A DNA stretch of 60,159 nucleotides, counting the filler. It is 6 parts of 6 records of this genome, joined end to end, with 100 filler letters (N's around TTAATTAATTAA, not from the genome) between each part and the next. Parts side by side here need not be neighbours in the genome. Positions count along the whole stretch, not along the records: positions 1 to 21,206 come from SRR31156797_36725; positions 21,307 to 28,203 come from SRR31156797_36746; positions 28,304 to 34,032 come from SRR31156797_36777; 3 more parts are not named here. One strand, 5' to 3'. The notes under the pieces are model-generated. The model made no database searches and had not been told where the DNA came from. It saw only the letters and a list, made by a program, of their open reading frames with translations. The position numbers and the translations under genes are program-made. Of the stretch, positions 20,509-28,305 are shown piece after piece (position 1 is the stretch's first letter; every line of letters starts with the position of its first letter).

Positions 20509-21072
20509 TTAGGTAATCGAGCTCTCGCCCAAACGCTCCGCCAACGCCTGCCCAATGGCGGATTTACGTTCGTCCGGGCTCAGGCCTGGCAGCTCGGTGG
20601 GCTTGATATTGGACAGCGGTCCAACCGGCCTTGAGCCTTTCGACGTGCCCCTCAACCCCAGCCACGCCGAGTCCGTTCGGGGGTTTTCCGAGATCGGGCT
20701 CATTCTGCCGAGGTCGTATTTCGCACGGCCCGGATAGGCCCCATCGAAGAAAGACAAAACCGTATCCCGCACCGCTTTCGATTGCGGTGACGTGCCTTGC
20801 CGGTATTCGGCCGTCGGCATCAATCCGTGGGTGACCTCGTGCTCGTGCAGCAGATCGGGATCGAGCGGCAAACGCCCGATGGGCGTATCGATGCGCTCCG
20901 GCTCGGCCCGGCCCAACATCAGGGCCAAAACGTCGAAAATATCCTTCGGCGCCGTATCCGGCGCTTCCCGCGCCGTAATATGATTGTGCTTGAATGCATC
21001 GAAGGCGGGTTCGGCCAACAGGCCGGACAAGCTCCTCAAAACGTCCCGTTCGAAAATCGTGCTCGATGTCAT
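20509..21072 (-). CDS. Hypothetical 187-aa protein with an HExxH motif
   Basis: ORF preceded by GGAG and a promoter; contains LLHEHEVTHGL. Confidence 0.6.
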   Translation of the reverse strand: MTSSTIFERDVLRSLSGLLAEPAFDAFKHNHITAREAPDTAPKDIFDVLALMLGRAEPERIDTPIGRLPLDPDLLHEHEVTHGLMPTAEYRQGTSPQSKAVRDTVLSFFDGAYPGRAKYDLGRMSPISENPRTDSAWLGLRGTSKGSRPVGPLSNIKPTELPGLSPDERKSAIGQALAERLGESSIT

Positions 21073-21099
21073 GGTCTACTGCTCCATTCCTTCGATCAC

Positions 21100-21128
21100 A
21101 TCATAGGATAATAATCTCTTATTGTCAA
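21100..21128 (-). promoter_or_regulatory. Near-consensus sigma70 promoter overlapped by imperfect palindromes
   Basis: Minus strand TTGACA-ATAAGAGATTATTATCC(17)-TATGAT, 27 nt upstream of the ATG at 21072. Confidence 0.8.
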
Positions 21129-21206
21129 GGTATTTTTTCTTATTGTGTGTTTTACGTCATTTTAACGGCATCCGGGATAGCGCGCGGACTGCACGCAAAT
21201 GAGGCT

Positions 21207-21306
21207 NNNNNNNNNNNNNNNNNNNNNNNNNNNNNNNNNNNNNNNNNNNNTTAATTAATTAANNNNNNNNNNNNNNNNNNNNNNNNNNNNNNNNNNNNNN
21301 NNNNNN
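21207..21306. other. Artificial contig linker
   Basis: 44 N + TTAATTAATTAA (stops in all six frames) + 44 N. Confidence 0.99.
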
Positions 21307-21315
21307 CGCTTCATT

Positions 21316-21603
21316 TTAGTTATTGTTTCCAGGAGCGCCGCCCGGATTTCCCCGGGGCCGATCGGGGCGAAGCACCAATTGATCTCCCATTTCCACGCAG
21401 ACGCCGGTGACAGTATCCCCGCGCGGGCTGGTAAACTTAGCCTTGTCGCCGACGCTTTTTCCTTCGCAAGCCGTAAAAGCCTCCTGCGGCGGCCCCTGAC
21501 GCCTTCCGCCCGAACGCGATGAAGAATCATCCCCAAAAGCATTTACTGCGACAAGAAGACCGAAAAGAGCAAATACCAGGCATGTTGTTTTTGTAATTTT
21601 CAT
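21316..21603 (-). CDS. Small secreted protein with a GPPQEAFTAC...GVC motif
   Basis: AGGAGG ribosome-binding site, signal peptide MKITKTTCLVFALFGLLVAVNAFG, two Cys in the mature part. Confidence 0.75.
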   Translation of the reverse strand: MKITKTTCLVFALFGLLVAVNAFGDDSSSRSGGRRQGPPQEAFTACEGKSVGDKAKFTSPRGDTVTGVCVEMGDQLVLRPDRPRGNPGGAPGNNN

Positions 21604-21985
21604 TGAAAAACCTCCTATAGCGGCGGGCGGAGGGCGCCGGCCTTTTGTATTCCTGATTTTCCTGATTTGACGCTGCACGACTTTTAATCGCCGGACATCC
21701 CAATCAGGACCGAATCTCGAGACGATTTTCGCCTTGGACCTGAAACGAAAATACTTAACTGGCGTAAAGATATTTTTTATTTTAGGATTAATTATGTAAT
21801 GATTTGGTAAAGGGGATTAACACTTGGCGAGTGACAAAAATGTTTTAAGGTTGAAGGCGTCTTACGAAATGAATAAGAAGCCATTTTATATGCGGCCGCC
21901 GTGCAATTAGCCAGGCTGAAAGGAAGATCGTTATTCTCCCCTTCTCCTGGCTATTTCTATTCTCAATTCCCAAAGAACAATGAGC

Positions 21986-23410
21986 CTACCCCTTCAATTT
22001 CTTCGCTTCGAACATCGCGTAGGACTTGTAATAATTTATGGTGGGGCCGTTAATGGACAGGTTGCTGAGACCTTTCAACGACACGACCTTCATATGTCTG
22101 GCGGTTTTGTTGCCTGGATCGTTCTGGAGCACCATTTCACAGAGTTCCAGCACAGCCTGGTGTCGTCCGGCTTTCTGAGCCTGATCGGCCTGGGCCAGGA
22201 CCTTGTCGGCGGATCCGGCCAGGGCCAGAATTTCTGCCCCCAGTTCCTTTTTCGTCAGCGGCGCCAGGTTGACCGGGTCGCCGTCAAACCAGCCGACGAG
22301 CGACTCATAGATGGCCTGGGCGCTGTATCGCACATTGCCGTAAAATTCCTGGAGGTAGGGCAATTGAGCCAGTTCGGGCGGAAGTTTGGCCTTGGGCAGG
22401 AACTGGTCCAGGGTCAGATTTTTCTTAACCGCTTTAAAAGCGATTTCATGGACGTAGTTAATGGCGTCGCGGTAATTTCCCAGAACGGTTTTTATCTCCC
22501 CGGCGTTGTTGATGGGAAAGCCGTGCATCGGCACGAGAATATCCGGCGCCAGATCGATGACAGTATCCTGGGCCTTGGCCCATTCCATTACCGGTCGGTA
22601 GGAAGTACCCCTTATGGTATATAGATTCGGGAATGAAGCATAGAAATTGTCGCCGCAAATGACCAGCTTGTATTCGGGTATATGGATGATGATCTGGTCC
22701 GGGGTTTCGCCTGGCGAGTGGATGCATTCAATAGTCAGGCCGCCCAGTGAAATAACATGCTTATCCTTGAAAACGACATTGGGAAAGACCAGATCCTTGG
22801 GCGAGATATCTTCCCAATTAAGGCGTGTCCAGCGCGGCTCCGGATAGATGCCTACCGAGGCGTGACGTTTATCCGGCGGGAACAGCAAAGCAAACATGGC
22901 CACGGCGCCGATGCTGGCTCGCATACCGCGTAAATTCTGAAGCTTGACCTCGGGCATGAACAGTTCATGGGCCACTACCTTGATTCCGTCCTCGTAAAAG
23001 GCCTTGGTTCCTCGAAAATGGTCGCCGTGGTTGTGAGTGTAGATGACGTATTTGACCGGCTTATCCGAGATCTTGCGAAATTCGGCCATGATTTTTTCCG
23101 CAACTTTTATTGATTCGGTAGTGTCCACAATGACCAGTCCGTCAGTAGTCTCAATCATGATCATATTGCCCAGGGCATAACCCATGGCCGAATAGACGCC
23201 GTCCCGGACCTTGACCACACGCCCTTCAAATGGCTGGGCCATGATCTCATTGACTTTTTCCCGCTCGGGCGAGAAGGGAAGATCAGCCGGAGGCTGGTAG
23301 TCGAACGCCAGGGCTTCGGCGGGAAAAATTGGAACGCCGACTCCGGCGGCCGCAACCGTTGCCGCCGCACCGGCAGCCAGGAAATTTCTGCGAGTTAATT
23401 CAGTCATCAC
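21986..23410 (-). CDS. Tat-exported alkyl/aryl-sulfatase (SdsA1/BDS1-like metallo-beta-lactamase fold)
   Basis: TRRNFL twin-arginine signal; THNHGDH, PGETPDQ, FPNLYTIRG, LVPMHG, EFYG, GWFDGDP. Confidence 0.88.
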   Translation of the reverse strand: MMTELTRRNFLAAGAAATVAAAGVGVPIFPAEALAFDYQPPADLPFSPEREKVNEIMAQPFEGRVVKVRDGVYSAMGYALGNMIMIETTDGLVIVDTTESIKVAEKIMAEFRKISDKPVKYVIYTHNHGDHFRGTKAFYEDGIKVVAHELFMPEVKLQNLRGMRASIGAVAMFALLFPPDKRHASVGIYPEPRWTRLNWEDISPKDLVFPNVVFKDKHVISLGGLTIECIHSPGETPDQIIIHIPEYKLVICGDNFYASFPNLYTIRGTSYRPVMEWAKAQDTVIDLAPDILVPMHGFPINNAGEIKTVLGNYRDAINYVHEIAFKAVKKNLTLDQFLPKAKLPPELAQLPYLQEFYGNVRYSAQAIYESLVGWFDGDPVNLAPLTKKELGAEILALAGSADKVLAQADQAQKAGRHQAVLELCEMVLQNDPGNKTARHMKVVSLKGLSNLSINGPTINYYKSYAMFEAKKLKG

Positions 23411-23481
23411 ACCCTCCTTTACTTACTCGGTTTTCATTCGGGCCATATTCGGCGGAGCCGTATATGACCGACCGAAAGTCT

Positions 23482-23523
23482 AATGAAGCGGTCACCCCGC
23501 CGCTTGTTGCGGGGAGCTTCATT
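23482..23523. repeat. Nested inverted repeat (REP/MITE-like hairpin) in the sulfatase leader
   Basis: AATGAAGC...GCTTCATT enclosing CCCCGC...GCGGGG. Confidence 0.6.
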
Positions 23524-23603
23524 TATTCAGTAAAAGCCATACCTCCAAAGATCCGGAGCCATGGGCTAATGGACGGCAATTACGTGCGAAATTGAATATT
23601 TTG

Positions 23604-23650
23604 ATGTTATGTCGTTATCAAGACATAACATGCAGCGCCTTCTATGTCAA
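23604..23650 (-). promoter_or_regulatory. Sigma70 promoter with an overlapping palindromic operator
   Basis: TTGACA-N17-TATGTC with extended -10 TG; perfect inverted repeat ATGTTATGTC-N8-GACATAACAT at 23604-23631. Confidence 0.75.
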
Positions 23651-23727
23651 TTTGATTTGAAATCACTTCAACAATAACTGGTTATCGCGGGGTTCAATAA
23701 GGTAGTATTACGGTCCAACCAGATCAA

Positions 23728-24462
23728 TCACTCCTCCTGAACAATTAGAGAAGCAGTACTCAAACCTTCTGAAATCCAGAAAACTCGGCCGTCTGCCTCG
23801 CTTACTATCCAGGTGCGATGAAAAACAGGCGTACCTTCAGTCAATTCCAACAGTTCAGCAGTTTCCAGATTGCATATCCAGGGTCGGGTCAGGATCTTAT
23901 ATTTATAATCTTTTGTTGATAATTGATGAAAGTATTCGCCTTGCAACACAGACCCGATTAAATCATCGATGTAATTTTCAGGAATATATACGTTCGTAAT
24001 CCGCCTGTTTTCCTTTGGAGATTTGTAAACCAACAATAAACGGACCGTGAACACCTTACCATCCCTATAAACATTTTCCTGGCCGCCGAAAATCCTCATT
24101 ATGCGTTTAGGAGGGACTACCCATTCCTGAGAAAGCACCTTGGGATATCCTTGCAGCAGTTCGTCGATAATTTGGCCTGCCTTGATCGAAGAGGCTGTAT
24201 GAACGGCCAAATTCAAATCATTTCTTATATAAACGCCAAACCCGCTTCGCTTGATTATAAAATCTTCCTTGTCCAGCAATTCCAGGGCGCGTCTTACGCT
24301 ATGATTGGCGATATTATATTGTTCGGCCATCTCTTCAATTGTCGGGAGGCGGCTTCCCGGTTCATACTCCCCCAATAATATCCGGCTTCTCAAATATTGG
24401 TAAAACTGCATGAATATAGGAGTATGCGCTTTTTGAAATTTAGGTTTTGAGTGAATTTGCAC
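23728..24462 (-). CDS. GntR family regulator (HutC-like, UTRA-type C-terminus)
   Basis: YEPGSRLPTIEEMAEQY...VRRALELL...RSGFGVYI winged-helix domain; LLELTEGTPVF. Confidence 0.85.
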   Translation of the reverse strand: MQIHSKPKFQKAHTPIFMQFYQYLRSRILLGEYEPGSRLPTIEEMAEQYNIANHSVRRALELLDKEDFIIKRSGFGVYIRNDLNLAVHTASSIKAGQIIDELLQGYPKVLSQEWVVPPKRIMRIFGGQENVYRDGKVFTVRLLLVYKSPKENRRITNVYIPENYIDDLIGSVLQGEYFHQLSTKDYKYKILTRPWICNLETAELLELTEGTPVFHRTWIVSEADGRVFWISEGLSTASLIVQEE

Positions 24463-24651
24463 AAATCACCATTTCGCTTCTGTGTCTCCTAAGAAACAAA
24501 GCTTAGTTCGGCTGCGGGCGGCACCCAAAATTATTTGTTGTCTCAATATGTTAGCCACAATATAGATGTGTCTCAGCTACTCGGTCTGACAATGATTGAA
24601 TTCATCGTATCATCTTGAAAAGACATTGTCACAAAAACTAGTTTTCCGTTC

Positions 24652-25674
24652 CTACCTTTTTGAGCGAGGCGCCTGCAGATTGACGGTCATTGTCTCAGGG
24701 GAAATTTGCCTCAGCCAGGCGCTGGTCATAACCCTGCGATTTTCTTCATTCATACCTTCAGCCATTTTTACATTTACCACGCTGTCCCCGGGCAGACCGG
24801 CCAGTTTCCGGCTTATCCACGCCCTTAAGCTGTCCGGCCCGGTCAGGTTTGTCGGCGGGACAATCACATGCATCGGCCTGGCCGGCAGTTTCATGAAACG
24901 CCCGCGGACCTTAATCCGGTCGTCAGGATTGATTTCCAAAATGAAATATCCCTTTTCCTCATCCTTTTCCGCAAACGACGTCCTTTCTATCGAACCGGGA
25001 TAAAAAATGGGGGCCGACAAGGGATTGCCTTTGAGGTCATGGGTCAATATTTGGGCGCGATGGATATGCCCGGTTAGAACTGCGTCCAGGTTCGCCGGTA
25101 GATCGGCTGTTTTTATTACATCCGGTTGGCTCCTGAAAACATAATTGTTGGGACCAACGGAAGCTCCTTCAAAAAGATGATGCAGACACAGAAGTTTTAC
25201 ATCAGCACTGTTATTATACCAGCCGGTTGCTTCAATAAGCCGGAGAAAATCATGACGCACATTCCGGGGATAATACGGCCAGCCGGAAATAAGAACACGA
25301 ATCCCGTTTTTCTTAAAAATAAAACTCTCCGGCGAACGAAAAATATGGATTGATTTGTGTACAGCTAAAAATGGGTGAGGAATAGCCGATCGTTCATGGT
25401 TTCCCGGCGCAATATATATCGGGATTCCGCAGTCGGCTATGGATAGTAGAGGCTCAAAAGCCTTGGCGGTCAGGCGAGGCGGAACTTTGCTTCGGTATAA
25501 TAAATCGCCGCCGTGAACAATCGCATCGACCCGGCCTTCAAATGCAGGCTTTAAGGCGAGCTGGTAATTGGCCCAAAAATCGTCGCCCCGCCTTCGGCGT
25601 TTCACCCTGGGCTGCCAGGCGTAATCGAAACCCAAATGGGTATCGGCTATAAAAAGAAATCTTATAAGGCTCAT
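24652..25674 (-). CDS. SbcD/Mre11-like metallophosphoesterase (DNA repair exonuclease)
   Basis: ADTHLG, HGGDL, PGNHE, TGHIH, YPGSIERTSFAE. Confidence 0.88.
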   Translation of the reverse strand: MSLIRFLFIADTHLGFDYAWQPRVKRRRRGDDFWANYQLALKPAFEGRVDAIVHGGDLLYRSKVPPRLTAKAFEPLLSIADCGIPIYIAPGNHERSAIPHPFLAVHKSIHIFRSPESFIFKKNGIRVLISGWPYYPRNVRHDFLRLIEATGWYNNSADVKLLCLHHLFEGASVGPNNYVFRSQPDVIKTADLPANLDAVLTGHIHRAQILTHDLKGNPLSAPIFYPGSIERTSFAEKDEEKGYFILEINPDDRIKVRGRFMKLPARPMHVIVPPTNLTGPDSLRAWISRKLAGLPGDSVVNVKMAEGMNEENRRVMTSAWLRQISPETMTVNLQAPRSKR

Positions 25675-25858
25675 ATTGAATGACCGGTATAACAAATCCT
25701 GCTATCTAGTGAAACCGTTATGTTTGTCTTTTTTCGGAATGTGAGAATAACACGGTCAAGAAGTGTACGAAGCCCGTAAAGTAAGAAAAGTAAACTCATA
25801 TCCAGAGATATCAATTGTAAGAACTTGCACTGGACCAAGTCAGTTCTCAGCCCGGTTT

Positions 25859-26017
25859 CTACTCGACTTCATCGGTGATATTAAAACCCTTTTCAGTCAA
25901 CAGCCGGTTGACGCCTGGAATATGAGGGACGCCGACGCAGACAACAGCCCTCCCCTCTTCCAGGTTGGGCTGCACCCTCTCCACAAATATCTCATCGCTA
26001 TAATCAATGACGGAAGG
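25859..26017 (-). pseudogene. C-terminal remnant of a TraB/GumN family gene
   Basis: Own translation PSVIDYSDEIFVERVQPNLEEGRAVVCVGVPHIPGVNRLLTEKGFNITDEVE* resembles the TraB VGxxH...LLxxKGF tail; no credible start upstream of the homologous region. Confidence 0.6.
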
Positions 26018-26059
26018 CGCCCGCGGGAGATGGAGAGTCAGCCTAAAGTCCCGCGGGCG
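26018..26059 (-). terminator. Inverted repeat downstream of glnK (possible terminator)
   Basis: CGCCCGCGGGA-N20-TCCCGCGGGCG, perfect 11-bp arms. Confidence 0.5.
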
Positions 26060-26171
26060 GTTAGATTATTATCGCCCCCAATAAGAGTGAAGGATGGATA
26101 AGGAAAAGTATGTTTAAGTTATTTATTCCTCCGAACTGCGATCACCAGGAAAAGCATTTGGCATTCAAATA

Positions 26172-26525
<354 letters not shown>

Positions 26526-26529
26526 TCAA

Positions 26530-27864
26530 TTACTTCTGGGCGTAAGCGGACACCTGAAAATCCGGATAGGCATTGCCCGCGTGTTCCGTGAAATCCAAAC
26601 CTTCGGCTTCTTCTTCCGGGGTCACCCTGAGCCCGACGGTCTTGTCTATCAGCTTGAACATTATGTACCCCATGCCGAAAGCCCAAATAAAACAAACGAC
26701 TATTCCCAGGAGCTGCACACCGACAATCTGGAGGGTCACGCCTTCGATATTGAAAAGTCCGGCCGCCAAAGTCCCCCAGGCTCCGTTTACTCCATGAACC
26801 GAGACAGCCCCTACGGGGTCATCAACTTTAATCTTTTCAAAGAAAAGAACCGAAAAGACCACCAGCACGCCGGCCACGGCGCCGATAATCACCGCGCTGG
26901 TAGGGGATACGTTGTAACAGGGCGCGGTAATAGCCACCAACCCGGCCAGGGCCCCGTTAAGGCTCATGCTTATTTCCGGCTTTCCAAACTTGATCCAGGA
27001 AATAATCATGGCCGTAATGCAGCCGGCCGCCGCAGCCAGGTTGGTGTTGACAAAAATCCAGGATATTTCCTTGTTGGCCGCAGTTGTCGAACCCGGATTG
27101 AAACCGAACCAACCCAGCCAGAGGATAAAGACGCCCAGGGCGCCCAGGGGCAGGTTGTGGCCGGGTATGGCCCGGGCCTTGCCGTCCTTTGTGTATTTGC
27201 CAATACGAGGTCCAAGTACTATGGCGCCGGCCAACCCCACCCAGGCGCCCACGGAATGAACAACGGTCGAACCGGCAAAATCTATAAAACCCAAGTTTTC
27301 AAGCCAGCCGCCGCCGTTCAGCAGTCCTCCCCAGGCCCAGCTGCCGAATATGGGGTAGATGATCGCGCTGACCACAACGCTGTATATAAGGTACGATGAA
27401 AACCTGGTCCTTTCCGCCATAGCCCCGGAGACGATGGTCGCGGCCGTGGCGCAAAAAACAACCTGAAACATCCAGAACGCCAAAACCCATGGATCGCCGC
27501 CCGGTTTCCAGTCTGAAAGAAAGAAACCCGACGTTCCAAACCAGCCCGTGCTTGTCGCCCCAAACATCAAACCGAATCCCAAAGCCCAGAAACCTATGGT
27601 TCCCACGGAAAAGTCCATCAGGTTTTTCATTATTATATTAATGGCGTTTTTGGCTCTGGTAAAGCCGGCCTCCACAAGAGCAAAGCCCGCCTGCATGAAA
27701 AACACCAGGGCGGCTGCAATCAAGGTCCACAGAAAATCGGCGTGCGTCTGCACGAGTCCTATGGCGGTCTGGTTCGCTTCCACGGTAGGGGGTTTTTCGC
27801 CTGCCCAGACCTGGGCGCCGGTGACAGCTATCAGGCCCAGTGCAATTAACGCTTTCTTTTTCAT
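26530..27864 (-). CDS. amtB: Ammonium transporter
   Basis: FMQAGFALVEAG, SGAMAER, DFAGSTVVHSVG, GWFGFNPGS, DDPVGAVSVHG. Confidence 0.97.
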   Translation of the reverse strand: MKKKALIALGLIAVTGAQVWAGEKPPTVEANQTAIGLVQTHADFLWTLIAAALVFFMQAGFALVEAGFTRAKNAINIIMKNLMDFSVGTIGFWALGFGLMFGATSTGWFGTSGFFLSDWKPGGDPWVLAFWMFQVVFCATAATIVSGAMAERTRFSSYLIYSVVVSAIIYPIFGSWAWGGLLNGGGWLENLGFIDFAGSTVVHSVGAWVGLAGAIVLGPRIGKYTKDGKARAIPGHNLPLGALGVFILWLGWFGFNPGSTTAANKEISWIFVNTNLAAAAGCITAMIISWIKFGKPEISMSLNGALAGLVAITAPCYNVSPTSAVIIGAVAGVLVVFSVLFFEKIKVDDPVGAVSVHGVNGAWGTLAAGLFNIEGVTLQIVGVQLLGIVVCFIWAFGMGYIMFKLIDKTVGLRVTPEEEAEGLDFTEHAGNAYPDFQVSAYAQK

Positions 27865-27905
27865 GACAATGACTCCTTTACAGAATATTTTCATTCTCCA
27901 TAAAG

Positions 27906-27921
27906 GCAATCGCCATGCCAA
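27906..27921 (-). promoter_or_regulatory. Sigma54 (-24/-12) promoter of amtB-glnK
   Basis: TTGGCAT-GGCGA-TTGC on the minus strand. Confidence 0.88.
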
Positions 27922-28013
27922 TTTCTTTTTTGGTGTAATTACAGAATTTTATCATATACGACCATATACTAACGAGAACTTAAACTACAAAATTGTCACA
28001 AGCTTTCCGATGG

Positions 28014-28031
28014 GCCAACAAAAATGTTAGC
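28014..28031. promoter_or_regulatory. Putative enhancer-binding-protein site (UAS)
   Basis: GCCAACA-AAAA-TGTTAGC near-palindrome about 100 bp upstream of the sigma54 promoter. Confidence 0.5.
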
Positions 28032-28178
28032 AATGAAAATGGACTTATTACAAGCGGTTCACAGGCGGGATCCGCCCGGTAATTTTGCATAGAAAATACC
28101 CCTCACTCATCTTTTGCTAAGTCACTGGCTCAATTTTTTTAACTTAAGCCGAAGCAAAAGTTTGGCCATCAACCTTCT

Positions 28179-28203
28179 TGTTCCCGTGCTCCGCGCGGGA
28201 ACA
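28179..28203. repeat. REP-like palindrome at the contig end
   Basis: TGTTCCCG-TGCTCCGCG-CGGGAACA; the assembly breaks exactly here. Confidence 0.65.
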
Positions 28204-28303
28204 NNNNNNNNNNNNNNNNNNNNNNNNNNNNNNNNNNNNNNNNNNNNTTAATTAATTAANNNNNNNNNNNNNNNNNNNNNNNNNNNNNNNNNNNNNNNNN
28301 NNN
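28204..28303. other. Artificial contig linker
   Basis: 44 N + TTAATTAATTAA + 44 N. Confidence 0.99.
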
Positions 28304-28305
28304 GT

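Noticed and set aside
17473-21206. An intact prophage or secretion-system locus
   Set aside because: No integrase, capsid, terminase, VgrG/PAAR or transporter gene is visible; only a remote, unverified domain resemblance.
21251-21262. Recurrent TTAATTAATTAA palindrome as a biological repeat or CRISPR-like element
   Set aside because: It is always centred in 88 Ns and is a six-frame-stop assembly linker.
25763-26101. 112-aa plus-strand ORF
   Set aside because: No recognisable features; the opposite strand reads as a TraB-like remnant.
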